64,000 bases of DNA from an uncultured Bacilli bacterium (GCA_947589735.1 CANQCR010000004.1:35925-99924), one strand, 5' to 3'; numbered from the stretch's first letter, positions 26,577-35,706 are shown. A program made the numbers and translations. The notes: generated by a model from the letters alone, not told the origin.

Positions 26577-27698
26577 ATGGCATTTCTATGTATTTCACTT
26601 AATAATTCTAGTGTTAACGCTATTCATTTGATGGATGGCGAGTTAACTGACATTGATAAATATACAGTAAGATATGAAACAGCAAAAGCAATTCTAAAGG
26701 AATATCCGGATAAAATTAAAGAGTTTAATCGCACGTATGACGTTGAAAATACACCGGATTATGATCTTAAATTACGAATATTTATGCCGGATGATAAAGA
26801 ACGTTTTGTGATGTATAAAAAACACTTGATTGCTTTTCGCCTCATCATTAAAAATCGTTCTTTCTTAAGATATGCGCTAACCGATGAACCAAGCTTATTA
26901 GATAAAGAGTTTTTCGATGCAATTATGAATGATGATGTTAGCAATGCCATTATTAATGAAAACTTAAAAAAGTTAGTTAAGAATTTTACCGATGAAGAAT
27001 ACTTCGCTTTCGTAAGAAAGATATGTGATCAATATAATAATTATCTTGAGGATTTTCCGCGGGAGAATTTAGCTACGATTGATAGTTTATACCACAGCTA
27101 TGTTCAAAAGTTAAAGGATAAAAAAGAAGTAGTTTCAAAGCCGATTAACGAGCCTAAACCAGTCTTAGTTAAACCTAAACATAAAGAGACTCAAGAATCT
27201 ATTAGTGAAAACCCGTTCATTGTTTTTGAACATCCTAATTTCTTTAAGAAATATGGTCGCGCTATTAATCCAAAACGGCCTATATTCCTTTTTGGTGGTA
27301 TTGTAAGTCGTGAATACCATAATGATTATATTGAACTATATAATAATTGTAGACGTTGTTTTAAAAATCCAATTTATTATCCATATAACGCTAATGTCTC
27401 ACTACCTCTCACCGAAGAGTTTAAAAAAATCTATGATACATCAGCCTTTGTTTTAGTCTACGCTAATGACTATAATGCTGACTTGGAGGCTAAAATTGAT
27501 TATGCTTCTTTAAAAGGAATAACGGTTTTAGTATTAACAACAGATGAAGTTATTGAAACGATGTATAAAGAACTTTTCAAAGATCGTGACACAGTTATCA
27601 TAAAGCCATATCATTTTAAGACATATGAGTCAACTAAGATGTTTGCTGATATTATCGCGGGCTTTTACATTAGTGCGTATAAAAAGCGGACTAGGTGA
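26577..27698 (+). CDS. hypothetical protein; the C-terminal ~130 aa weakly resemble a nucleoside 2-deoxyribosyltransferase-like Rossmann module
   Basis: 373 aa. AGGTGG RBS. C-terminal pattern: PIFLFGGIVSRE...SAFVLVYANDYNADLEAKIDYASLKGITVLVL. The domain call is low-confidence pattern recognition. Confidence 0.65.
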   Translation: MAFLCISLNNSSVNAIHLMDGELTDIDKYTVRYETAKAILKEYPDKIKEFNRTYDVENTPDYDLKLRIFMPDDKERFVMYKKHLIAFRLIIKNRSFLRYALTDEPSLLDKEFFDAIMNDDVSNAIINENLKKLVKNFTDEEYFAFVRKICDQYNNYLEDFPRENLATIDSLYHSYVQKLKDKKEVVSKPINEPKPVLVKPKHKETQESISENPFIVFEHPNFFKKYGRAINPKRPIFLFGGIVSREYHNDYIELYNNCRRCFKNPIYYPYNANVSLPLTEEFKKIYDTSAFVLVYANDYNADLEAKIDYASLKGITVLVLTTDEVIETMYKELFKDRDTVIIKPYHFKTYESTKMFADIIAGFYISAYKKRTR

Positions 27699-28593
27699 TA
27701 ATACGGAAAAGTTAATTGATGATTATTTAGCTGTCTTACAGAATGAAAAACAGTATTCTGTGAATACTATTATTAATTATCGCGATGATCTCGATTTGTT
27801 TAATATCTTTTTAAAGGAAGAAAAAATTAATGATATTAAGAAAGTTGATTATCAAACGATTCGCAAATATCTTAATTTTCTTTATGATAAAAAATATGCT
27901 AACCGAGCCATTGCAAGACATATCTCATCTTTGCGAAGTTTTTTCAAATATCTAAAAAAGCAAGATTTAATTACGAATAATCCGATGTTATTAATTAGTA
28001 ATCCCAAGTTGGAAAAGAAGTTACCTAAAATTATTTATACGAATGAATTAGAAGCTATCTTAGGATCTCCTGATCAAAAGACACCATTAGGACTAAGGGA
28101 TGCTTTAATGTTAGAACTTCTTTATGCTACCGGCATTCGGGTTAGTGAATTAGTTGGTATTACTTTAAAAGATATCAATATGAATAAATGTGAAATAAGT
28201 ATTTTAGGTAAGGGTAGTAAAGAGCGCATTGTTCTATATGGAAAACGTTGTAAAGACTTACTTGACACTTATCTAAAAGAAGCGCGTCCCAAGTTAGATA
28301 GCAAAAATGCTCCTTACTTACTATTAAGTACACGGGGTAATAAAGTTAATACTAGAGAAGTAAGAGTGGTTATTGATAATGCTACTACAAAAGCGGGTCT
28401 TAAAATTCATATCTCACCCCACGTTTTACGGCATACATTTGCAACCGATATGTTAAATAATGGGGCTGATTTAAGAAGTGTTCAACAATTGTTGGGTCAT
28501 GAATCATTAAGCACAACGACCATTTACACTCATCTAACTAATGAACATTTAAGAAATGTATATTTAAGCGCCCATCCAAGAGCGCATAAGTAG
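27673..28593 (+). CDS. xerC: tyrosine recombinase, XerC-like
   Basis: Track ORF is 27625-28593. Catalytic motifs present: ATGIRVSEL, HVLRHTFAT, LLGHESLSTTTIYTH. There is no in-frame ATG near the expected N terminus. GTG 27673 is my best guess at the start (uncertain) and overlaps the upstream gene. Confidence 0.75.
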   Translation: MRIKSGLGDNTEKLIDDYLAVLQNEKQYSVNTIINYRDDLDLFNIFLKEEKINDIKKVDYQTIRKYLNFLYDKKYANRAIARHISSLRSFFKYLKKQDLITNNPMLLISNPKLEKKLPKIIYTNELEAILGSPDQKTPLGLRDALMLELLYATGIRVSELVGITLKDINMNKCEISILGKGSKERIVLYGKRCKDLLDTYLKEARPKLDSKNAPYLLLSTRGNKVNTREVRVVIDNATTKAGLKIHISPHVLRHTFATDMLNNGADLRSVQQLLGHESLSTTTIYTHLTNEHLRNVYLSAHPRAHK

Positions 28594-28601
28594 GGGGATT
28601 T

Positions 28602-29183
28602 ATGGCAAAGTTATATTTTCGTTATGGAGCGATGAATTGTGGTAAAACAATGCATCTATTACAAACAGCTCACAACTATCAAGAGAATGGTTTAAAAGCA
28701 ATTATTGTTAAACCTGCTATTGATTCTAAGGGTGGGGGAAGCATTGTCACAAGAATAGGTTTAAAAAGACAAGCTGATGTTTTATTAAGACCTTTTGATA
28801 ATGTCTTAGAAAAAATTGACTTGCGGGATGTCGCTTGTATACTTGTCGATGAAGCTCAGTTTTTACAACCTCACCAAGTTGAAGACTTATGGAAAATAAG
28901 TAAACTTAGTAATATCCCAGTTATCTGTTATGGTCTTCGAACGACATTCAAATCAAAACTTTTTATCGGAAGTCGGGCACTAATGGAATTAGCTGATGAG
29001 TTAGAAGAGTTAGTAACTATTTGCTCTTGTGGAGCGAAAGCTAAGTTTCAAGGCCGGAAAGTAAATGGCAAGTTTGTTACCGATGGCGAAGATGTTGCTA
29101 TTGATGGCGTGGATGATGTAACCTATGAGCCATTATGTGGGAAATGCTACTTAGAAAAAGTTATGGGCATAACGAATGTGTAA
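28602..29183 (+). CDS. tdk: thymidine kinase
   Basis: 193 aa. LYFRYGAMNCGKT P-loop, VDEAQFL, and a C-terminal Cys zinc motif (CSCG...CGKC). Resembles E. coli-type Tdk. Confidence 0.92.
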   Translation: MAKLYFRYGAMNCGKTMHLLQTAHNYQENGLKAIIVKPAIDSKGGGSIVTRIGLKRQADVLLRPFDNVLEKIDLRDVACILVDEAQFLQPHQVEDLWKISKLSNIPVICYGLRTTFKSKLFIGSRALMELADELEELVTICSCGAKAKFQGRKVNGKFVTDGEDVAIDGVDDVTYEPLCGKCYLEKVMGITNV

Positions 29184-29262
29184 ATTTAAGATAAATTACC
29201 ATAATTTGGTTGTCATACGATAGTTAAAAATGATATAATAATTAATAGATTAGGAGGATAAA

Positions 29263-31899
29263 ATGAAGTTTGTATACTTATTTAGCGAAGGTAATGCGGA
29301 AATGCGCGACCTTCTAGGTGGTAAAGGTGCTAACTTAGCTGAAATGACTAATTTAGGATTACCAATTCCACCAGGATTTACTGTTACAACCGAGGCTTGT
29401 ACAGATTATTATGACAATAGTCAGACGCTTTCAAGAGAAATTGAAGGACAAATTTATGCTGCCTTAAAAGAACTAGAACAAATGCAAGGCAAAAAATTTG
29501 GCGATAATGATGACCCACTTCTAGTATCTGTTCGAAGTGGTGCTAGAGCATCTATGCCAGGTATGATGGATACCATTTTAAACTTAGGTTTAAATGATAC
29601 ATCAGTTGAAGGATTTGCTAAAAAGACCGATAATCCACGTTTTGCTTATGATTCATATCGTCGGTTTATTCAAATGTATTCTGATGTTGTTATGGAAGTT
29701 CCAAAATCACATTTTGAAAAGATTATCGATGAAGTAAAAGAAGCTAAAGGTGTTAAATACGATACCGAGCTTACAACGGATGACTTAAAAGAATTAGTTG
29801 ATCGTTTTAAAAAAGTTTATGAAGATGCTATTGGTGAAGCTTTCCCACAAGATCCAAAAGATCAATTATTAGGTGCTGTTAAAGCAGTATTTAGATCATG
29901 GGATAATCCAAGAGCTATTGTTTACCGTCGGATGAACGATATCCCATCTGATTGGGGAACGGCTGTTAACGTTCAAGCTATGGTTTTTGGTAATATGGGT
30001 GATACATCTGGTACTGGTGTAGCTTTCACTCGTAACCCATCAACTGGTGAAAAGGGTATTTATGGTGAATACTTAATCAATGCTCAAGGTGAAGATGTTG
30101 TTGCCGGTGTCAGAACACCACAACCAATCAGTAAATTAGCTGAAGATATGCCAGAATGCTATGATGAGTTTGTTAAAACAGCAACAATGCTTGAAAGACA
30201 TTATCGTGATATGCAAGATATGGAATTCACTATCCAAGAGGGTAAATTATATTTCTTACAAACACGTAATGGTAAAAGAACAGCTCATGCTGCTATTCAA
30301 ATTGCTTGTGATTTAGTTGATGAAGAAATGATTACCAAAGAAGAAGCTGTTCTTCGAATTGATGCTAAATCATTAGATCAATTACTACATCCAACATTTG
30401 ATGAAAAAGCTTTAAAAGAGGGTACGGTTGTTGGTGAAGGATTACCTGCATCTCCTGGTGCTGCTGCTGGTAAAGTTGTCTTTACGGCTGAGGAAGCTAA
30501 AGAACAAGGTACTGGTGGTAAAGGTGAAAGAGTTATTCTTGTTCGCCTTGAAACAACGCCAGAAGATATCGAAGGTATGGTTGCATCTCAAGGTATCTTA
30601 ACGGCTCGTGGTGGTATGACAAGTCATGCTGCTGTTGTAGCGCGTGGTATGGGTACTTGCTGTGTATCTGGATGTGGCGATATCAAGATTAATGAAGAAG
30701 CTAAAGAGTTTACTTTAGGTGGTAAAACATACCATGAAGGTGATTATATTTCTCTTGATGGTACAACTGGTAAAATTTATGATGGGGACATCAAGACTGT
30801 TGAAGCAACTGTTAGTGGTAATTTTGGTCGCCTTATGGGATGGGCTGATGATGCTCGCCGTTTAGGCGTTAGAACAAATGCTGATAATCCAAGAGATACC
30901 AAGAAAGCTCTAGAATTAGGTGCTGAAGGTATTGGTTTATGCCGTACAGAGCATATGTTCTTTGAAGAAGATCGTATTCCAAAGATTCGTAAGATGATTT
31001 TAGCTGATACTGTTGAAGCTCGTGAAGAAGCTTTAAATGAATTAATTCCATTCCAAAAAGCTGATTTCAAAGCTATGTATAAAGAATTAAAGACCTTACC
31101 AATGACTGTTAGATACTTAGATCCACCTCTACACGAGTTCTTACCAACTAACGAAGAAGATATCGAAGCTTTAGCTAAAGATATGAATGTTAGTGTTGAA
31201 GATCTAAAGAATAAAATTAGTGAATTACATGAGTTTAACCCAATGATGGGTCATCGTGGTTGTCGTTTAGCTGTTACTTATCCTGAAATCGCTAGAATGC
31301 AAACACGTGCTTTAATGGAAGCTGCTATTGAAGTTAGCGAGGAAGAAAATATCGAAATTGTTCCTGAAATTATGATTCCATTAGTTGGGGAAGTTAAAGA
31401 GTTAAAGTTTGTTAAGGATATCGTTGTTGAGACAGCTGAAAAAGTAAAACAAGAGAAACATTCATTTATGAAGTATCATATTGGTACAATGATTGAAATA
31501 CCAAGAGCCGCTATTACGGCAGGTCAAATCGCCGTTGAAGCTGAGTTCTTCTCATTTGGTACGAACGATTTAACACAAATGACTTTTGGTTTCTCACGTG
31601 ATGACGCTGGTAAGTTCTTAGATTCTTATTATCAAAATAAGATTTATGAATCAGATCCATTTGCTAAGCTAGATCAAACTGGTGTTGGTGAATTGGTTAA
31701 GATGGCTGTTAATAAAGGTCGTAGTTTCCGTCCTGATATTAAATTAGGTATCTGTGGTGAGCATGGTGGTGAACCATCAAGTATTGAGTTCTGCCATAAG
31801 ATTGGCCTAACTTATGTATCTTGCAGCCCATATCGTGTTCCAATTGCTCGTTTAGCTGCTGCTCAAGCTGCTTTAAAAGAATTACATGCTGAAGATTAA
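29263..31899 (+). CDS. ppdK: pyruvate, phosphate dikinase
   Basis: 878 aa. Phosphohistidine motif GGMTSHAAVVARGMG. PEP-utilising C-terminal domain (GLCRTEHMF; FFSFGTNDLTQ; GICGEHGG). Confidence 0.96.
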   Translation: MKFVYLFSEGNAEMRDLLGGKGANLAEMTNLGLPIPPGFTVTTEACTDYYDNSQTLSREIEGQIYAALKELEQMQGKKFGDNDDPLLVSVRSGARASMPGMMDTILNLGLNDTSVEGFAKKTDNPRFAYDSYRRFIQMYSDVVMEVPKSHFEKIIDEVKEAKGVKYDTELTTDDLKELVDRFKKVYEDAIGEAFPQDPKDQLLGAVKAVFRSWDNPRAIVYRRMNDIPSDWGTAVNVQAMVFGNMGDTSGTGVAFTRNPSTGEKGIYGEYLINAQGEDVVAGVRTPQPISKLAEDMPECYDEFVKTATMLERHYRDMQDMEFTIQEGKLYFLQTRNGKRTAHAAIQIACDLVDEEMITKEEAVLRIDAKSLDQLLHPTFDEKALKEGTVVGEGLPASPGAAAGKVVFTAEEAKEQGTGGKGERVILVRLETTPEDIEGMVASQGILTARGGMTSHAAVVARGMGTCCVSGCGDIKINEEAKEFTLGGKTYHEGDYISLDGTTGKIYDGDIKTVEATVSGNFGRLMGWADDARRLGVRTNADNPRDTKKALELGAEGIGLCRTEHMFFEEDRIPKIRKMILADTVEAREEALNELIPFQKADFKAMYKELKTLPMTVRYLDPPLHEFLPTNEEDIEALAKDMNVSVEDLKNKISELHEFNPMMGHRGCRLAVTYPEIARMQTRALMEAAIEVSEEENIEIVPEIMIPLVGEVKELKFVKDIVVETAEKVKQEKHSFMKYHIGTMIEIPRAAITAGQIAVEAEFFSFGTNDLTQMTFGFSRDDAGKFLDSYYQNKIYESDPFAKLDQTGVGELVKMAVNKGRSFRPDIKLGICGEHGGEPSSIEFCHKIGLTYVSCSPYRVPIARLAAAQAALKELHAED

Positions 31900-31919
31900 G
31901 GTTTATCCTTAATCTTTTT
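31894..31919 (+). terminator. rho-independent terminator after ppdK
   Basis: GATTAAGG-tttat-CCTTAATC followed by T5. Confidence 0.7.
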
Positions 31920-31985
31920 GTTATAAAAAACCTTAAATTATTTACTTTACCTTTAATTTTGATTATAATTATATTAGGTGATGAT

Positions 31986-32879
31986 ATGAAAATATTATGT
32001 ATTGGACATAGTGCTTATGATATAACGACACCACTTGATGTCTATCCTAAAGAAAATACGAAAAATCGCGTTCATGATCGGATTGAATGTGGAGGAGGAC
32101 CCGCTGGTAATGCTGCTTACCTTTTAGCAAAATGGGGCTGTAATGTCTACTTTGCCGGTATCGTTGGCAATGACTTATATGGTAAAAGAATTCGCGATGA
32201 GTTCCGTAGTATTGGTGTTAATACTGATTATTTACAATTAAGTGATGAGTATACGACAACATCAAGTCACATTATTGCTAATACATCAACGGGTAGTAGA
32301 ACCATTTTAACTTACCGTCCAAGTGATATGAAGATGCATGATGTGGATATTGATATTGATCCAGATATTATTTTAATCGACGGTCAAGAATATGAAATGT
32401 CCAAAAAGATGATTGAAAAATATCCCGATGCCGTTGTTATTATTGATGCCGGAAGAGATCGTAAAGAGGTTAAAGATTTATGCTATATGGCTGATTATGT
32501 TGTATGCTCTAAAGATTTTATGGAATTAGTTAGCCATACACCTATTACGGATCAAGCTTCATTAGAAAAAGCTTTTAATACATTAGAAAATGAGTTTAAT
32601 ACAAACATTGTTGTAACATTAGAAGATGAAGGATGCGCTTATAAAAAAGATGGGGAAGTTACCATTGTTCCATCCGTTCATGTTAAGGCTGTTGACTCCA
32701 CTGGAGCTGGTGATATTTTCCATGGTGCTTTTGCTTATGGTATCGCCTCTAACTGGCCATTAGAAAAAGTTCTTCGTTATGCTAATGTTGCGGGCGCAAT
32801 GAGTGTCACGAGAATTGGTGGCCGTAATTCTATTTTCTCTAAAGATGAAATGGACGAAGTCTTCAATGAGCTTAAATGA
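31986..32879 (+). CDS. PfkB-family carbohydrate/nucleoside kinase
   Basis: ATG 31986 (MKILCIGHSAYD...). GG dipeptide region ECGGGPAGNAA. C-terminal motif DSTGAGDIFHGAF. Confidence 0.8.
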   Translation: MKILCIGHSAYDITTPLDVYPKENTKNRVHDRIECGGGPAGNAAYLLAKWGCNVYFAGIVGNDLYGKRIRDEFRSIGVNTDYLQLSDEYTTTSSHIIANTSTGSRTILTYRPSDMKMHDVDIDIDPDIILIDGQEYEMSKKMIEKYPDAVVIIDAGRDRKEVKDLCYMADYVVCSKDFMELVSHTPITDQASLEKAFNTLENEFNTNIVVTLEDEGCAYKKDGEVTIVPSVHVKAVDSTGAGDIFHGAFAYGIASNWPLEKVLRYANVAGAMSVTRIGGRNSIFSKDEMDEVFNELK

Positions 32880-33150
32880 GATAATATTTACAGATAACTT
32901 ACCATCATTAGATTTGCATGGCTTTGATAGTTTATATGCTAAAATAAAGATTAATGAGTTTATCTATGATAATTACATTATGGGAAGTACTAATGTCGTT
33001 ATTGTTCATGGTATTGGTTCTGGTGTAATTCGTCATACGACCCATGAGGTTTTAAAGAAAAATAAATACGTTTTAGATTATCAAATATTTGCTGGTAATG
33101 TTGGAATGACAATTGTTGAGATTGTTTCCAAAGATAAAAAAGAAGTATGA
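32866..33150 (+). CDS. stand-alone Smr-domain protein
   Basis: About 94 aa from ATG 32866 (track ORF 32803-33150), overlapping the pfkB-like stop. Smr hallmarks LDLHG and VIVHGIGSGV are present. Confidence 0.7.
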   Translation: MSLNEIIFTDNLPSLDLHGFDSLYAKIKINEFIYDNYIMGSTNVVIVHGIGSGVIRHTTHEVLKKNKYVLDYQIFAGNVGMTIVEIVSKDKKEV

Positions 33151-33165
33151 AAGTGAGGTATACAT

Positions 33166-33510
33166 ATGGGAGCAAGTGAAGAAAAATTTGACAGTGTTTA
33201 TAGAGGTATGAGTGACATATATAATTCCGCGATAAAACTTTTATATAAATACTATAAAATGTTAGAAGCTCAACCTGAAAATGATTTGCTATACAGTTTT
33301 TTATGTGATTTAGCTGATCAAATAACGGCTGAAATAGGTGTTCATGCTAGGTTTACTGGTGGATATGGTTTGGGTACAACTGATGAAATTGATGATGCCG
33401 AATTAGGTGTGATGAGCCATATAAGAGAGGTCCAAGGTTTAATGGAACAAGCATATCAAATGCATAAAGAGGCTAAACAAATAATCCCGGACCCACCAAA
33501 ATATCTTTAA
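33166..33510 (+). CDS. hypothetical protein
   Basis: 114 aa. GTGAGG RBS. No motif recognised. Confidence 0.6.
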   Translation: MGASEEKFDSVYRGMSDIYNSAIKLLYKYYKMLEAQPENDLLYSFLCDLADQITAEIGVHARFTGGYGLGTTDEIDDAELGVMSHIREVQGLMEQAYQMHKEAKQIIPDPPKYL

Positions 33511-33557
33511 CGTTTATTTAAAACGATTTTTAGAACTTAATAGTTCGTAATTTCAAC

Positions 33558-33613
33558 TTGACAATTATTAAAAAAAGTGTTAATATAGGGCACAACTTGT
33601 GAAAAGAGGGGGA
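33558..33613 (+). promoter_or_regulatory. promoter plus leader/RBS cassette, copy A (duplicated at 42368-42423)
   Basis: TTGACA (33558-33563), 17-nt spacer, TGt-TAATAT (-10 at 33581-33586). The palindrome CACAACTTGTG lies at 33591-33601. RBS AAGAGGGGGA ends 5 nt before ATG 33619. Confidence 0.75.
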
Positions 33614-33618
33614 TTTGT

Positions 33619-35118
33619 ATGTACGAAGAGAGAAGAGAGACCTTTTCCGTCAAGGATATATTAATTCAAATATTTTTTGTCGTTTTATTTGTTATCTTAT
33701 TAGTGTGGTTATTCCCTACAAAGGGATATATGCGCAAATTCTTTAATGATAACATCAAAAATCAAACGGAGACTAAAGCAGATGCTAGTGCTTCGGAAGA
33801 GAAAGAAAATGCTAGTGAGACATCAATTGATCGTTTAGCTGCTTTATATAACCAAATATTTGCGGATAATATTGAGCGGATGAAAGATGCTGCTGTTGGT
33901 TATTATACTAATGAGCGTTTACCACAAAAAGTTGGTCAAAGCGATAAGATGACTTTAGCGCAAATGTATGAAAAACATTTAGTATTAAAGTTAATTGATA
34001 AAGATGGTAATTATTGTGATGCTGAAAAATCATATGTTGAAATAACAAAATATGATGAAGAATATCGAATGAAGGTTAATTTAAGTTGTGGCTCACAAGA
34101 AGACTATATTATGGTATATCTTGGATGCTACGACTATTGTAAGGCAACCGGTGTATGTGAAAAGCAAACAACAGTTGTAAAACCACAATCAAGTACTACT
34201 ACAAGTAAAAAATATATTTGTGAATATAAGAAAACGACAGATGGAAGCTGGTCTTATACACCATGGTCAGATTGGTCAAAAAATAAAGTAACAGCTGATA
34301 GTAATACTGAAGTACAGACAAAAGTAGTAGAAGAAAAAGTAAGTGAAAAAACTGAAAAAGTACAAACGGGTACAAAACTAGAAACGTATGTATCTAAAGA
34401 GGTTGTTGAAAAATACATATCACGTTATGTTGAAAAGAAGACAATCAAGAGTTATAAAGACGAACAATATGTTAAAGAATATAAAGATGAAAAATATGTT
34501 TCAGGTTATAAATATGAAAAAGTTCAATCAGGAACAGTTCAAATAAAAGTTGGTACGCAAGTTAAACGTACACCTGTAAAAGTTCAAACAGGAACAACAA
34601 CAAGATATGTAAAATCTAGTAGTGGAACAACAATACCTTCTAATACATCAACAAGAATTTATGTAAAGAGAGGTTCTAGAACATCTCAAAGTTGTTCAAG
34701 TTGTTCTGTAAGAACAGTTTATACTTGGGATGAATATGAAATTGTTCCAGTATATGCAATACAATATAAGACAGAATCTGTCCCAGTATATGAGACAAGA
34801 CCAGTATATACATCAAAGAAAGTAGAAGTATATGCTACAAGAAAAGTTCCAGTATACGCAACAAGAAAAGTTCCAGTATATGAAACAACTAAAGTTCCAG
34901 TATACGCAACAAGAAAAGTTCCAGTATATGCTACAAGAAAAGTTCCGGTTTATGAAACAAGAAAAGTTCCAGTATATGGTGATGTTACATATTATCGTTA
35001 TCGTACTAAAAAATACACTGGTGGAACATCAGATGTTAAATGGAGTACATGTGATCCAGTTGATAAAAAATTAACTTCTCAAGGTTATAAATTAACAGGT
35101 CGAAAGAAAGCTGCATAG
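33619..35118 (+). CDS. membrane-anchored envelope protein with tandem (A/E)TRKVPVY repeats
   Basis: 499 aa. N-terminal TM (ILIQIFFVVLFVILLVWLF), a Cys-containing domain (CDAEKSYVEI...LSCGSQ...GCYDYCKATGVCEK), a WSYTPWSDWS motif, Lys/Val/Tyr-rich repeats, and YYRYRTKKY near the C terminus. Confidence 0.8.
   Translation: MYEERRETFSVKDILIQIFFVVLFVILLVWLFPTKGYMRKFFNDNIKNQTETKADASASEEKENASETSIDRLAALYNQIFADNIERMKDAAVGYYTNERLPQKVGQSDKMTLAQMYEKHLVLKLIDKDGNYCDAEKSYVEITKYDEEYRMKVNLSCGSQEDYIMVYLGCYDYCKATGVCEKQTTVVKPQSSTTTSKKYICEYKKTTDGSWSYTPWSDWSKNKVTADSNTEVQTKVVEEKVSEKTEKVQTGTKLETYVSKEVVEKYISRYVEKKTIKSYKDEQYVKEYKDEKYVSGYKYEKVQSGTVQIKVGTQVKRTPVKVQTGTTTRYVKSSSGTTIPSNTSTRIYVKRGSRTSQSCSSCSVRTVYTWDEYEIVPVYAIQYKTESVPVYETRPVYTSKKVEVYATRKVPVYATRKVPVYETTKVPVYATRKVPVYATRKVPVYETRKVPVYGDVTYYRYRTKKYTGGTSDVKWSTCDPVDKKLTSQGYKLTGRKKAA
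34744..34977 (+). repeat. in-frame 24-nt tandem repeat inside the CDS
   Basis: Six clean units lie at 34834-34977 (GCT/GCA/GAA ACA AGA AAA GTT CCA GTA TAY). They are preceded by degenerate VPVY-containing units starting at about 34744. Confidence 0.9.
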
Positions 35119-35136
35119 TGTAAATAAAAGACAAAA

Positions 35137-35161
35137 GGAAGCGCCTTTTCGCTTCTTTTTG
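35137..35161 (+). terminator. rho-independent terminator
   Basis: GGAAGCG-cctttt-CGCTTCT followed by a T-run. Confidence 0.75.
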
Positions 35162-35162
35162 T

Positions 35163-35191
35163 TTGACAACACTATGTTAATATGTTATCAT
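35163..35191 (+). promoter_or_regulatory. sigma-A type promoter
   Basis: TTGACA, 17-nt spacer, TGt-TATCAT (extended -10), upstream of the 35240 ORF. Confidence 0.5.
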
Positions 35192-35239
35192 AAAATTAGA
35201 ATAAGAATAGTATAATATTATGATAGGAAGGGGCTTGTT

Positions 35240-35659
35240 ATGAAGAATACTTACGTGTTTGATTACGTTAATGAAAACGAGTTTAAGAAGTTAGAACGTT
35301 CCATAAAAAAGTATAACATGCTTGCCTATAAGAAATTATATTTTGAATTTTATCCTGCTTTGAAAGAAGGAAATTTCTTAGGAAAATTAATTTCAACAAA
35401 TAAGACTAATGGCACTAAGACATATGAGTTAAAGTTGCCAACCGATGCCTTATTTTCAAAGGTGCATGGAGATATTAGATTGTATTATTTAGTATATGAA
35501 AAAGAAAAAATCGTTATGTTGGATAAGTTTGAACCAACAGAGATTTTAAGTGAAGGACATGCAAGTGAATTAGTAACATATAAAGGGGTTATGGTATCAA
35601 AACAACATGCCGAAAAAGATATGTTCAAAATTAATTTGCTAAATATGATTGAAAAATAG
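35240..35659 (+). CDS. hypothetical protein
   Basis: 139 aa. GGAAGGGG RBS. Monocistronic, with its own promoter and a following T-rich hairpin. Confidence 0.65.
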   Translation: MKNTYVFDYVNENEFKKLERSIKKYNMLAYKKLYFEFYPALKEGNFLGKLISTNKTNGTKTYELKLPTDALFSKVHGDIRLYYLVYEKEKIVMLDKFEPTEILSEGHASELVTYKGVMVSKQHAEKDMFKINLLNMIEK

Positions 35660-35706
35660 AGGTTGTTTACCTCTATTTTTTTTGTTATAATTGATGTGGT
35701 GATAGA

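Noticed and set aside
27673-28593. Tyrosine recombinases (here and at 59586-60461) as markers of a phage or integrative element
   Set aside because: Both carry XerC/XerD-type catalytic motifs and sit among housekeeping genes. I found no flanking att-like direct repeats, phage genes, or tRNA-adjacent integration.
34744-34977. CRISPR-like regular repeats
   Set aside because: The units are contiguous with no spacers, lie in frame inside a CDS, and there are no cas genes in the window.
34832-35074. 80-aa + strand ORF (MLQEKFQYTQQEKFQY...)
   Set aside because: It is an alternative frame kept open by the 24-nt tandem repeat inside the 499-aa CDS. Its periodic sequence simply mirrors the repeat.
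35204-35227. dif-like sequence (AGAATAGTATAATATTATGATAGG), considered because two Xer genes are present
   Set aside because: Only the central ATATTATG matches the Firmicute dif consensus as I recall it. The conserved XerD arm (TTATGTAAACT) is not present. It more likely represents -10-like promoter sequence.
35240-35659. Possible RelE/HigB-like toxin (..TYELKLP...GDIRLYYLVYEKEKIVMLDKFEP)
   Set aside because: The resemblance is limited to one short strand pattern. There is no adjacent antitoxin-sized ORF, and the protein is longer than typical RelE-family toxins. The evidence is insufficient.
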